A DNA stretch of 64,000 nucleotides from the NCBI RefSeq assembly GCF_009914755.1, contig NC_060937.1. The stretch is one strand, 5' to 3'. Shown here piece by piece: positions 26,821-40,406 of this stretch. The DNA comes from the human T2T-CHM13v2.0 reference genome, Homo sapiens. Below the pieces are notes generated by a model. That model was not told the origin of the DNA. It saw nothing but the letters and a program-made list of their open reading frames with translations, and did not search any database. Position numbers and translations under genes: made by a program. Each line of letters starts with the position of its first letter. Positions within the stretch are counted from its first letter, which is position 1.

Positions 26821-27037
26821 AACACTTGGACCCAGGAAGGGGAACATCACACACCAGGGCCTGTTGTGGGGTGGGGGGAGGGGGGAGGGATAGCATTAGG
26901 AGATATACCTAATGTAAATGATGAGTTAATGGGTGCAGCACACCAACATGGCACATGTATACATATGTAACAAACCTGCAAGTTGTCACATGTACCCTAG
27001 AACTTAAAGTATAATAAAAATATATATATATATAAAA
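26821..27037 (+). mobile_element. Short L1PA4/5-like 3' end with A/(TA)n tail
   Basis: aacacttggacccaggaaggggaacatcacacacc...gggtgcagcacaccaacatggcac...cttaaagtataataaaaa. Confidence 0.95.
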
Positions 27038-27762
27038 GAAAGTCAGTGTCAAAAACTTGCCTGCACTATATGATTAATAGAATGTGTGAAATTGTATTGC
27101 AATACAATAATGCAAATCTTCATATTAGGAAGCCCACATCTCATCTCAGATGAATCTTTTTTTTAGTTATTACCTGGATTATCTTGAGCAATTAATTCAT
27201 TTAACTTCTTTAGGAATTAGTTTACTCCTTACTAAAAGGAACATAGCATCACAGTTGTTTCCAGTGTGGAGATGATCTAAGGGAAAGTATTTTACAGACT
27301 ATTACATGTTATACAATTATTAATAAGCAAAGCCTCTACAAATATAGGACTATGGTCTTTAACTTACAATAAACGAATGGGCTGTGTATATTGTATCTTA
27401 GACATAGTAAGTAGGTTTCACTTAGAAAGGCAAATGTGTATCTTGTGTCTTATGTTACTATCTCAAAATTTTCAATGTAGCTTCTAATAACATAGTTCAA
27501 GCATACTCAGTTTGCAATTTCAATTGTGCTATTGCTGTTTAACGTACTAAAAATGATGTTTTTGTCTTTGACCCTTCTAAGTAGTTGTCTAAAATACATA
27601 TATTATTTGTGGCAAGTGAAAAAGATTTTCTCTGAAAGTGTTGATATAGAACATAATATAATATGTAATCAGTACAGCAGGGAAATATAACAAAATAATA
27701 AAATTAAAAGATGTCCAAGTGATTTTTAACTAATAAGTTCAAATCATTACCAAATAACTAGA

Positions 27763-28260
27763 TGTTTTAGTCAGAGTTCTCCAGAGAGGCAAGACTGGTA
27801 GGATAAAGAGGGATGAGGAGGGATTTATTAAGGGGATTATCTTACTTGATTATAAATACTGGGAAGTCCCACATAGGCTGTCTGCAAGCTAGAGAACCAG
27901 GGAAGCCTGTAGCATGACTTGGTCTGAGTCCAAACACCTCAGAACGAAGGAAGTCAGTGGTGTACCTCTCAGATCAAGGCTAATGGCCCAAGATCCTGGG
28001 AAGCTGCCGAGTCCTAAGTCCAAGGCCAGAGAACCTGAGGTTCTCACATTCAAGGTCAGGAAAAGAAAGATGTCTCAGTCCTAGAAGACAGAGCAAGAAT
28101 TTGCCCTTCCTCCACCTTTTTGTCCCATTTGGGCCCCCAGATGATTGGATGGTGCTCACTTACACTAAGCAGCAGTCTTCCACATTCAGCCCAATGATTC
28201 AGATGCCAGTCTCCTCTGAAAACACTCTCACTTATAAGCCTGGACAGCCGAATCATTCTA
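27763..28260 (-). mobile_element. MLT2 (ERVL) LTR
   Basis: tgttttagtcagagttctccagaga start; aagtcccacataggctgtctgcaagc; gatgattggatggtgctcac; gaaaacactctcac. Confidence 0.85.
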
Positions 28261-28514
28261 AGCAAATGCCAAACCACCTGGGTTTCCCTTTCAACAGAAG
28301 TGAGATGGTTTCAGAGTCTATGAAAGCACTGAAAATAATTATTGCTTTAAAGTGTATCTATTAAAGTTGTTTATTTATAGCTATTAGCCCACCAGATATA
28401 GGAAAAAAATAGTTGCACATACATTTCATCACAAGAATGTCTGCTAAGAAGTCATATTTTTACATCAGATTAAATAATTTCCAAACAGTAGGAATTACCC
28501 ATGCTAAATAAAAT

Positions 28515-29025
28515 TTATGGAAGCCTGTTGATTTGTACTGAACTCCCATGCTGAGCCCCAACTGACTAACCCAAAATGAAATCATTCCTGCTAAGGGCTC
28601 ACATCACTAAAGTGAAACCTGCACTGTTTACTTGTAATATTTCACCTTCTGAGAAATCTGGAAAGAAATGATTGCCTAATCCCCAAACAAGCCAGTAAAA
28701 AGTAAAACAAACAAACGAACAAAAACAGGAGATTTATAGCAATCAATAAAAGGGCCTAGTCAACCTGAGCCAGTGATATAAGGATGTCCCCTCTGCTTTA
28801 ACCCGTATAAAGAAAGTAACCTGAAGTAACCTGATGTTAACCCATCTTCTTTTTGCACTATGTTGTTTCCTTGTTACTGTTCAATTTTCCTTAATAAAAA
28901 ACAACTGTTCAGCCATACCCATGGAGCATCTGTCTGTTTTGTAGACTGGATGCTGCCTGGTTCATGAACAGTTAATAAAAGCCAATTTGATCTTTAAAAA
29001 TTTGTTGAAATTTTGTTTTATTGAC
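28515..29025 (+). mobile_element. MER34-like ERV1 solo LTR
   Basis: aagtaacctgaagtaacctgatgttaacc; 3' end aataaaagccaatttgatctttaaaaatttgttgaaattttgttttattgaca. Confidence 0.75.
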
Positions 29026-29544
29026 ACTCAAAATGAAATTAATTAAGGTAAGAGTGTTCAAATACATATTCCTAGATTTTATTAAGCATGTACAGAGTAA
29101 GGTCCAGAAATCTGCATTTTCAGAAGGACTCTAAGTGATTTTTTTAATGCTTAAATATTTTGTGAGAACATGAAGTAATAGCACAAAAATTAAGCAAGAA
29201 TAAATTAATATACTGTCAGAAATAAAATTCAAATAAAATAATACTTTATGAAAAATATTTTGTTATAATTGGTAAATCTTTAATAATAATCCCAGATAAA
29301 TTTGAAATTTGCTTATTTTTATGTTAGGGATTTTCCTTTTCTTTTTCTGAATTCTATCTTCAAGCTACCTATGACAATGCTTATAAAGAAAGTAGACTGA
29401 AAACTTGAAAACAATCTATTTCAGTTTAATACAAATAAACATGTAAAAATACTTATGAGTGCCTGTCAGTGCCAGTCCCTGATAGGTGCTGAAAATATAA
29501 CAGTTATCTAAACTGGCTCTGCCCTCATGGAGATTGTATAGATT

Positions 29545-29690
29545 AATGACTCTCAAGCTTTAATTTGCAATCAAAACATGCGAGGATCCTGGTGAAGTGT
29601 GGATGCTGATTCAGTAGCTTTAGGGTGGAGCCTGAGATTTTGTGTTTCTAATAAATTGATGCTGCTGGTCCCAGAACAAATTTTCATAAT
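29545..29690. mobile_element. MER5A DNA transposon relic
   Basis: ctgattcagtagctttagggtggagcctgagattttgtgtttctaataa...gatgctgctggtccc. Confidence 0.75.
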
Positions 29691-30665
29691 TAAGATTCAG
29701 ATAATTGAAATATGTACTCCAACAATTACTGGTATAGGAATTAGAACCCATGTAGTCAACCATTATCTTTACTGTGAGATTAAACACATTTTGGAAAGAT
29801 GGGCTAGGAAATATTTTGTTGACAATAGTGGCTAATTATACTATGAGAGTCAGAAGAAACTGTGCAAAGGTATCTTTACGAACCATTTAATCAAATTGTT
29901 TTAAAAAACCTTTCCCAATACACATCATAGATGTAGAGTAGATACTAGACATATTAGTAATCTTTGATAGTCATGTAGTCAGCATCTGATTCACAATTTC
30001 TAATATTTTACCATTTCCTGCAGTGAAGAGGAAAATAAATGACATGATCTTTTCTCAATATGTCTATTTATAAATGTGGATTAGTGTGAATCACCAAATA
30101 TTTAATAAAGTTTTTAAACCAATCTTTCTTGTGAGAAAATTGGGGCCTATGTTTGTATTTGCATTTTTCACTGAAAGTTAATTTCAATCATGTAGAATTT
30201 TCATAGGTCCAAATGCCACCTATGTTTTTAAGATTGATATGCTTGTAATATTTATATAGGTTTTAGTTCAAATAAAAATTTCTTTAAACTTTTTGTTTCT
30301 GGATAATAAGAAAAAATGAGAAAATGACAGACTCCTTGTAAGATTTCTCTCACAAGGTAATTTGTATGCTAATTAAACCTATTTAATCATTTTATATGTA
30401 TAAATATTTAAAAACAACATGTACATGATAATAAATATATACAAATTTTGTCAATTAAAAAGTTAAAAACAAAATAAAATTATATTTAAACAAAGAATTA
30501 TCTCACAATTGTTCATGACAACCAAAGCAAAAAATCAAACAGCCTGTACATGGTAAAGCTGAGTTCCTGGAGAAAACTCACTGAAAAAGCAGCAGATTGG
30601 GTGTGCAGGTCTCCCGTAATGACTGAATTCTTTGGTAGTGCACAAAGTTCTAGTTTGGGCAGATA

Positions 30666-31073
30666 GAGTGGTGTGTTGATTAGATTTGATTGATAAATTT
30701 TCAGTTTTGTTAACTGGTGGTTAAGCACAAACATTATTAAAACTTAAGTTATAAAAACTTTAATAAATTTTTAAATGCAAATGTAACAAATATGCAAAAT
30801 TCATTACTTCCTAATAATCCTACTAAATTTTATTAATATCTTTGTTCTTGAGGTTATTTATGCCTCTTGTACTCTATGGCAGAAATACTATGTAATTATG
30901 TGCTACTGAGTATCTCTTCTCAGGTCCATGTTCAGAGATTTCATGTTGGTAGCTGGAAATCAACCTTGATGAGAATATTTACACCACAGAAATTGGCACC
31001 ACACATTAAAAATCATACACACATCACTCTCTGCTCCAGAGCTGCTTGTCAAACATTTATATGCACACCATTT
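30666..31073 (+). mobile_element. MER63 (B-like) hAT-Blackjack DNA transposon
   Basis: TIR-like ends agtggtgtg / cacaccatt; internal tcttgaggttattta, gtgctactg, gttggtagctggaaatc, tatttacaccacagaaattggca. Confidence 0.85.
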
Positions 31074-32489
31074 GCCAGATACCACATTTTAAAAGAAAGG
31101 GTTCCAATGCTAGAGTTATGGGAACTTTGAACTACAGGATTTAGGGGTGTATTAGCCCTCCCCTGGTGTGATCAGGGGCTATGATATGATGAAACATGAT
31201 ATGGCAGAGGCTTGGATATAGGTGTACCCTAGGATTTTAGCATTCACCATTCTAGGGCATACCACCCACTTTCCTGATAATTAGGGCTCCCTCTAACCTT
31301 GCAGTAGAATAGGTTTAACTGTATTACACACAACTCAGTAACTGGGGCTTTGCATAAGCAGAATTCTTTTTCTGGGATGCTAAGATCACCCTTTAATAAC
31401 TCATCACAGTAAGTCTTTAAAAAATATATCTTTTCACTCAAATAGGTAAAATATATTATAAAATATCAGGGATGAGAATCATTTTTCAAAAGTATGCTTA
31501 ACACAATGTAACACATTCAAGACCTCTTTGAAGTCATGAATTTTAATGAATTTTATATGAATTAAAAAATACTTTGGAATTTTACATTTAATTTTTATTG
31601 TGTGCTACCTCAGGATAAAAAGAAATGTATATTATCATATGATGCTTCTTCATCACTGTGTGTGTGCATGTGTTTTTTAATCCTTCCTTTAATGATACAT
31701 CATAGATGTTTACCTGACTGGAATGGTTAAAATGAGCTTTCAGGGTGTCTACTCATCATTCTATGGCTTTATGATTTGTTAAGGATTATTATACAATCAG
31801 TCTGTAAAATGAAGTTGACTACAGTATAGAAGAGAAGAAAAAACTTATTTCTTTGAAATCACTAGTCTAAAACAGTTTGCATACATGAACATTTTGATTC
31901 CTTTGAACAGATGAAATCACTCTGGAGTCGATAAATACATCCCTTGCACTACTAGAGGAAAACTGATCTTATAATTCCAATTCACATCTCTTGTACTGGA
32001 AAGCATAAAATATGATGCAAATGTGAAATATAATTGAACTACTTATCACTTTTTATTATAACTACTCATATTTGAGTAGAATGTTTTGTCTAAAACTGAA
32101 AGCATTGTCTTTAAGGATTTCTTTATTTAAAAAAAATACTTTCAAGGAATTAACTTCAATTCTGTTTATATTTCCTTTTCATTTTAAACTATATCAGCAT
32201 TAGCTACTCTCTCATTCATTCAGGGAAGTAACAAATTCTATGCAATAAGAATGCTAATTTTCTCATATTGTTACTGACACTTATTTGTAGGAAAATGTTA
32301 TTGATGTTTTTCTAATTACAAAAAAAGGAAAATCTGCAAAAGTATCAGTATTTCTTTTCAAAGGAAGTTGAATGCTGTGTTCATTTGTTCAGGTCCCTGA
32401 GTAATCATTCTTAAAGGGACAACATTTTTATCTATGGGACGGCATGAAATAACAGTATGAAAAGTAATGGGCAAAATGATAGAAGATGA

Positions 32490-32600
32490 ATAGAACACAA
32501 TACTAAAAAAAGCAAGGAAGGAAAAGAAGCATAGAAGGAAGAAAAAGAGTAAAGAAAGGAGGGAGAGAAGGAAGAAAAAAGGATGAAAGGAAAAAAAGGC
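32490..32600. repeat. GA-rich low-complexity tract
   Basis: Direct reading. Confidence 0.8.
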
Positions 32601-34556
32601 TGGTTAGAGAACATCAGTGCAAATTTAAGTACAAAAACGTTGGATTAAAAAATTTATTTCTTATTATTCAATAGGCATTTGGTACAGAACCTAATCCTCT
32701 CCCAGAGAAATTTAAACACTGGGGTGGGATTTGGAATATTGTGGGGTAGGAATCAGGACACTTCCCTCTACCTGCCCATCACTGATTTCCTCCCTTATCT
32801 ATCACCCATTAGCTCTGGGACCTTGGACACATTTTTAACTTTTTTTTCTTCTGGATATTATTGACTAGATTTAAGTAAAATTTTATCTGTAAAACATTTA
32901 AAAGTATAAAACACCATCCAACTGTCAGGTAGAATGTGAACATTAATGATCATTAATAAAATAAAATAGATACTTCTGGTTTAATAAGTGAACAAAGGTT
33001 GCCAGGATTCATATCATCTGAGTTACAGTCTGCCTTTGTCTCTTCATTTTGTATGATCTTGGGTAAGTTTTTACCATTTTCCATTGTTATCTTTAAAGTG
33101 CCAAATTGTTAATGGACTTAAAGAAACAAATAAAAATTATGCTGTGAATGAGCTCTGAAATCTATGTATTGCTAAACAAATACAGGAAGATAAAATGGTG
33201 TTGTTTTATGACTATTATCTACTTTAGAAACCAGATTGCTAATTTTTCCATGAAAATGTAATTTTAGTAGAATAAAGTAAATTGAACATAAAAATGGTTA
33301 CACATACACAGCTAACAATCTGATGGTTTCTTTGTTTATGTAAAAGGAATTTAGAATCTCATAAATTCACCTTAAACAATCCTATTGTTTGTGTAAGACA
33401 AGCTGCTCATGTTTCAGTGAGAATAGTGCAACCCACGGTGGAGAAGTTATCTGGCCAAGGACTCACAGAGCCAGGTCTATATCTCAGGACACCTGCCTTT
33501 GGGTCACAATCCTCTTCCTACTGCATCAGGATGCCTCTACTCTTTAGTACATAGATTAGCTGTCAAACAACGAAAAGTCTTTTGTCATATTTGGATTAAA
33601 GCAGCCACGATGTGGCTTGGAATGAATCAGCCGACATAAGGTGGAATCATCTGTGAAAAGAAAGAGGTCATTATTGGCTATTTCTGTGAGGTGGCTTGAA
33701 AAGAGGAGGGGAAGAGTGTCACACTCTGCATGGATCCTTGAAGTTTTTCAGGATAACACTCCATTAACAATGACAAGTTGCCATCTGTTAGTGAACTCTT
33801 CCAGAAGAGAGCGAAAGCTACCCAGGAACATTTTGCTAAAGTCAAACTGGTTTTCCAAATCCAGCCCTTGGTTTTGTTATATGTGCCAACAGACATTCGT
33901 GGTCACTGGGAAACTTTCTCAGTGAACTGGAGAAGTGTCAAGGAATAAATTACAAGTATTTCTAAATTATATACTGCTATTTGAAAGAAGCTGTCAATTA
34001 TTTTACTCATAAAGAAGCCATTTAATTATGTTTTAATAACTTTTCCTGTAAGTTTATCTAGCAATATAGCTTTTTCATTATTCTCTCCCAAACTGTGTAT
34101 TTTGTAGGAAGTGGTATGAAGCTGCACCCGGGGAAAAAAAAAATGAAACTGACCAGTTTATGTATTCACTTTAAATTGCATCTCTTTCAGATTTCCTGAT
34201 AAAGATGGGGTAAATATTGAGCAGTAAATCATGGCTACCTCTCCATTTCATGCATGCTAAATTTGAGAAATGTCAGGAAATAAAATATTTCACCTTAGCA
34301 TATTGACAGGTTAGAAGATATGGAAATCTTTTACTAAATAATATTATTTGTTTTCATGTGGATTTTATAAAATGCAACTAAATATATAGTATGTTTATAA
34401 TTGTTTTATCTCAAAAAGATGCAGAAATTTTAGGTGATTTATATAAATAAGCAATCATAAGCGTTCGTTTTGTAAGAATACATTTTATATCTTAAATAGT
34501 AGTAGCTAGATAGCAAGAATAGTGATAGTACAAAAAAAATGTAACCCTGAATGTAT

Positions 34557-35236
34557 TGACAGTATTAAATTTTAACTAAACCCTGTGCTCCTGGAAAACA
34601 CTGATTATTAGGAAATGTCTCCACCCTCTTGTGTTCTGCAAAACATCTCACTGAAAAGAATCACTCTTGCCACATGACTTATATAAGACTGAAGGATGCC
34701 CTTCTTGTGTATCCATGACCAAGACAGAGGTCTTCTACATTTCCATTCTTTTTTCTCATTAATGATTAGCTGAACTGCTTGATCCCAGTGATCAATTGGA
34801 ACAAATGCTTGTTAACCAAACTTTGGTTAAAATTATCTTCTTTTTCCATGTCCCTGAACTTTCACCCACTCACAGAATGAAGAGCATACAATCTCTGCTT
34901 AAACAGTCTATCCCCAACCACCTCCCTTTAGCAATAGGCTGGCCTCAAGGTCAGTAGTCTCTGATCTACTATCTGATCAAGACTTCAGATGATCTCACTT
35001 GCCCACAACCCTTTCCTTCTAGCCTGGTTTACCGCTCCTTATGAAAGAAACACTTTTTTTTTTGGCATAACCCTTGAGATGCTTGCAGAGCTTATGGTCA
35101 AAGCATGTTCTCCTTATGGCAATAATTCCTCTTCCCCAACCATTGCAACAGTTCCTTTGCCCCCTTTTGTGTAATAATCCAGTACTTTTTACTAAATTCT
35201 CTTTTTACTAAGTCTGAATTTGATTTTTATTTGTCA
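34557..35236 (+). mobile_element. ERV1 MER4-group solo LTR (MER89/MER90-like)
   Basis: tgacagt...accctgtgctcctggaaaaca...catgacttatataagact...gttaaccaaactttggtt...tttatttgtca; TG...CA ends. Confidence 0.7.
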
Positions 35237-38200
35237 ATAAAACGCAAGGAATATAAACCCCTTGCAGAGGGCTTTGGTCAGTGACACATTGACAATGTTC
35301 TTGACTATTTATTATCACTAAATTTTGCCCCCAAAGACTGAAACAAATGCTAATCAAAATCATCTCCAAAATTTGACTAACCATTTTCACGTTTTCATTA
35401 CTACAATGCCAGTGCCTTTTCTGTGACTATTTTATCTTTCTTAATGAAGGACTTATCAATGTTTCACCTATGATCTAGTAAGTGTTTAACTTTTAACAAA
35501 CACTCATAGAGAATAGAGCAAAAGTTATATTTATAATTTTTATTCAGAGGAGGTGATGTACAATGCATGGTTTTATTTAATCACATATTTTAATACTTCA
35601 TGTAATTTCTCTGAATAAATTTTTTAAAATTCAAATTATTTAGAAAGCTCTTATTCAGATCAATCTGAAAAAGCACATGGGATAAGATGTTTCACATCTT
35701 GACTAAACTGGAAATTGTACTTGTAAGAAATTTTTTTTTTCTGCAAATTAACAATCAATTGCAGACAAGTCATTTTAAAAGATAAAAAGTCTTGTGACAC
35801 CAGTTTACTGGAAACCAATGGGAGAGCATGCTATTTAGCTTCCACACTCTGTTAATTAATAAATCAACGGAAGAATGTGCATATATTGATCAACCATTTT
35901 TAAATAAGTGAGTTTTAATATTAAAACTATGCTTCATGTTTCTGCTTTTCAAGCTTTATCTGATTTGTTTGTGCTTGCTTCCACAATTTGTCATGGTCAG
36001 GCTGAGTTTCACAGCTATTCTCTAAGGTAGCTGCTATGTCACAAAATTGATGTTCTTAGAGAATTTAATGAGAAGGTGCTAAATTTTAATATCAAGATTA
36101 CTGGTGGAACTAATAATGGTCAGACTAAGAACCAGCCCTCATGGGCTATGAATGCAATTTATATATATATGCCTTAAGCACTTACTAGTACCCAGCACTG
36201 TTCCTCTGTGAATTAACCGTGAGAGAGTGGTTCAAGCAAAAAGCAATAGTCCATCATAACCAATGCATTTAATTCCCTGTATCCCCACATGTAAAACATT
36301 AAGGAGGTTTTCTGAGGTAAGGGGAGAATAATGGAAATTGCAGAAGAGGTGTTCCTTATCTGCCTGAATTATAAGGCTGCCTAGGTGTGGGAAGGAGGAT
36401 TCTACTACGTTACATACTGATCCAGCTAACCTTGCCTTTCAAATTCCTGCTATCTGACTTGCTCACTGACAATCTGCTTATTTTCTGCTTGGGTAGACTT
36501 CTCAGCTTAGCTCTTCTTCCTGCTGCTCAGGGCTTGACCCCTATCTCTTGCCCAAATATACACAGTCACCTGTATTCCTGCTCCGGTACTCATTCTACAG
36601 GGCTCTAGAATACAGTTCCACCATCTCAGCATCATGCTCCTGTTAATGCCTAAGCTTCTATCCAGTTTGCTTCTTTTCTTTGGATCAGATTGTGAAGCTG
36701 ACCCTATTCCTTTTAAACTCTGTTATTAAGTTGATTAGAAAATGATTTGCACACACAGCACTTTCTTAGTGATGCTACTTTGCTAAACATCTTGTAGGTA
36801 TCCAAATCACTGTGTCTAACAGGACCCATGCTTTACTGGAATTCTGGCTGGTCATTGTTTTCCTTGTCTCTCTCTTCCTGTCATATTTTTTTGATGTACT
36901 GTCTGACAGATTTTCAAGTTTTAAAATATAATATTATTAGCCCACAAATATTATATAATTACAACAGAATATTTTTTCTGAAATCTGAGAGTTGGTAGTC
37001 TTGGGAAATTTGTAACTATTAAATAATTACTTAAAGAATGAACTTTCGAAGGTAATAAATAATTTCTACTCTTTTTTTAGCATATACAGGTGATTTCTAT
37101 TATTATGAGCAACTTTCTGTTATGACTATAAACATGGAAAACAATAATCAATTGAAGTAATAATTTTTGTTTTATTTACTCTAATTATTAAAAATTGTCT
37201 TTGAAACTTGAGACTATATAGTCTTCTACTTAACCTAAGAGAATTAAAACCAGATGACTTTTACATTCTTATCTAATCATAAAATGTATAAATATAATTT
37301 ATTTTTAAAAAATTTCTTCCAGAATCAGCAGCATCCAATAATTATACTTGTACATCTATATTATATATAGATATATATTTCCTTTATATGTATAGGATTA
37401 TGTATTGGGACTTTTTGTGTGTTTCAACAATGGCTAAGCACATGCTATGCTCAAAGCATCCATATAAAAATTTGGGATCTTACTTTATACTATGCCAACT
37501 TTTATGGTGGCCTTTCATTCTGTTTATTTCAAAATGCTAGTCCCTCTCCACTGGACTTTGTAATGACTCATATCTTATCTTAGGCCAGAAAGCATGCTGA
37601 GCAGCTTCTAACAAAGTGAGACCAAGGTTGTTTCACAATCAGCTCTGCAGGAAGGACTGTATGAAGTTTAGCTGTATCCTCCCCTAGAGTCAGCTCTGAG
37701 CCGTCACTTTACTAATGAGCTCAGTTTTCACCAGCATGCAAAATGCTCTGCTGCTGTTTCACATTGTTGGCTGCTTTGTTAACTTTTAAGTCCCTATGAA
37801 TTCTTTATTTTTTTTCTGCAAATGCTTTACAGTTTTCTGTGATGCTGAGGATTTTCCAAAATCAATGAAGAATATAATTCAAAAATCCTCTATTTCAAGT
37901 TTGTTTTTCTTTTTTTTTTTCTTTTGGGTGACCATATCAGGATGAAAAGGTTATTTTATATTTACTTTAACACTCTTACAAAACAAGTACACCTAACAAG
38001 AAAAGCGAGGTTTTATTTGCTTTTTCAAACAATGACTTCTTATTGTTTAGCATAAATTGGAATCTCACCAGTCCTTTCCAACCAAGAAGTGTATTCATCT
38101 CACTGATTTTTTAAAAAATGTTTATTTTTTATATTAGTTAGTGGATTATTTCATACGCTGCTTCCCTTTAGGGTTTTTAATTACATAAGCTTATATTGAT

Positions 38201-38237
38201 ACTCTGTCTCTAGTTTTACATCACTATTATTTCTATT

Positions 38238-38776
38238 TTCATTCACTTATTCCATAGATGTTTATTTTAGTGTATGCACTAAGCTACACCATTTTCTTGG
38301 CACCATTGATACAGCATAGAACAGAAGAAATATATCCCCCATTCCATCGTGGCGCTTACGTTCAGGTAAATGTAGGGAATGCAGGGTGTGGGGAGACCAA
38401 GGAAGATAAATAATAAATTAAATCTAGAGTAAGATAGTAATAAGTTAATACATAACAAGTTGGAAGGGGAATTTTTTTAAAGCCCTTTCCAATTTGAATA
38501 GTAGCCAAAGATGGCTTTTTTGAGAAACTAATATTTGATTAAAAATCAAAAGAAAATGTGGGATAAGCATGCAAATATCTGAAAGGAAAGCATTCCAAGC
38601 AAAGGAAACAGAAAATAGAAATGCACTCAGGCAGGAGCATGTCTGATGTGTCCCAGAACAGCAACAATGCCAGTAGGGTTGAAGCGGAGTAGTAGATTTG
38701 AGTGGAGAAGGGATGCTGGGGCAGGGAGAATCATTAAGGAGACTTCTACAGTCATCCAGGTGAGCAATGACATCAG
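38238..38776 (-). mobile_element. L2a relic, interrupted by MSTA and continuing after 39194
   Basis: attcacttattcc...gatacagcatagaacag; gcaaatatctgaaaggaaagcattccaagcaaaggaaacag; ggggcagggaga..aggagact..gtcatccaggtgag. Confidence 0.8.
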
Positions 38777-39110
38777 AAAGCATGGTTGGGGAGGGTGCAG
38801 GAGACTTTCAATCACGGTGGAAGGGGAAGCAAGCACGTCCTACATAGCCGGATCAGGCAGAAGAGAGTGAAGCAGGAGGTACTATACACTTTTAAACAAC
38901 CAGATCTCAGAGAACTCAGTAACTATTATGAGAACAGTAAGGGGGAAATCTGCCCCCATGATCCATCACGTCCCACCAGGCCCCTCTTCCAACACTGGGG
39001 ATTACAATTCAACATGAGATTTGGCAGGGACACATATTCAAACAATATCACATCCTCATCCAAGCTGATGTCATTGCTCACCTGGATGACTGTAGAAGTC
39101 TCCTTAATGA
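38731..39110. repeat. Perfect 46-bp inverted repeat (38731-38776 / 39065-39110)
   Basis: tcattaaggagacttctacagtcatccaggtgagcaatgacatcag and its exact reverse complement. Confidence 0.98.
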
Positions 39111-39194
39111 CCATGAGTTAATTAAATCTCTTTTCTTTATAAATTACCCAGTTTCAGGTATTTCTTTATAACAATGCGAGAGTGGACTAATACA
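38777..39194. mobile_element. MSTA LTR, rearranged: 5' ~270 bp inverted (38777-39050, minus), 3' end forward (39111-39194, plus)
   Basis: Reverse complement of the MSTA start ends at 39050 (ggacacatattcaaacaatatca); the MSTA end (ataaattacccagt...ggactaataca) is forward; imperfect 5-bp TSD ggatg/gggtg. Confidence 0.9.
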
Positions 39195-40228
39195 GGGTGG
39201 TAGTGGAGGAGACCTGAAATAAGCAGGATGGCAAATGAAATGAGATGGGACAGAAAAATACTGTTTTAAACTGGGCAGTAAATTAGAACTTGGGTGGAGA
39301 AGAATGAGATTTTGATGTGTATTCTAAGATCTATTTCCAAATCTCATTTTGCACGAAGCAAACTTTTCTGTATCTGATGATCTTTTAATGTCTCTGCAAT
39401 AAGCTGAAATTTCTAACAAAGCAATTCCAAATGCAAAATCTCCTCATAAAACTATTTATTCATCTCTACCACTATAATTTTATTCAGTTTACATCATATA
39501 TCAAAGGTTGTTCCTCTATTTCTGTGTTTGGCATGAGTTAATAATCATATTTAAATGGGTTTAGAAATATGTTCGAAAAAACTACTTTTCAACTTCATGT
39601 CTCAGGCTATTTCTATTAATTGTTTAAGTTGAGTAAACATTGAATATTTATAAAACAATTTGTTTGCAATGTATTGACTGCTAGGAATAGGAGTAATAGA
39701 CTGACTTTCAGAATCTTTGCCAAATCACAAAATCATCCATAAATAACAAAAAAACAAAATTATTTATTATATAAGGTGAAAGTGCTAGAGATCAAGAAAC
39801 AAAATCTAATGAATATGTGTGTGTATGTGTGTGTAATCTCTGTGAGTTGTAGTCTTCCAATTCATGAAATAAACATGTCTTTATATAAACTATCACTTAA
39901 AGCTTTTAATTCATTGTTATATTGTCAATGGTCTTTGAAAAATCACATAATTCCTTTCTGGGTCTTTCAAGAAAAGAAAGAACTGTTTGTCAGACTTAAA
40001 CGTTATAATGTGTCAGTTTTTTTGTGGCATATAGATAGAAATATGCTAATTCAATAGAAATTTTTCTTTAATCTCCTAGGGATTCGTGGTAAAATATTAG
40101 AGAACAGCACTTCCTATGTACCTAAAGGCTTGTAGTTAAACTCCAAACACTTCAGTGACTCATTTTCTACATTATACTTTCAATGACATTAGAAATTAAA
40201 TATTTAAGAATTAAAAAACCATACTAGC

Positions 40229-40406
40229 TCAATGGTCTTAATATTTAATTGTTCATCAGAATAACCTGGAGGGCATTTTCGCACACCAATTCCTAAGCTT
40301 CCTCTTCTAGAGTTGCTGATTCAATACATTGAGAAGAGGCACAAAAGTTTGCATTTCCAGGTGATACTGATGCTGAGGGTATGGGGATTGCCCTTTGAGA
40401 ACCACT
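40229..40406. mobile_element. MER5A DNA transposon
   Basis: caatggt...catcagaataacctggagggc...ctgattca...tgcattt...ccaggtgatactgatgctg...ctttgagaaccact. Confidence 0.85.
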
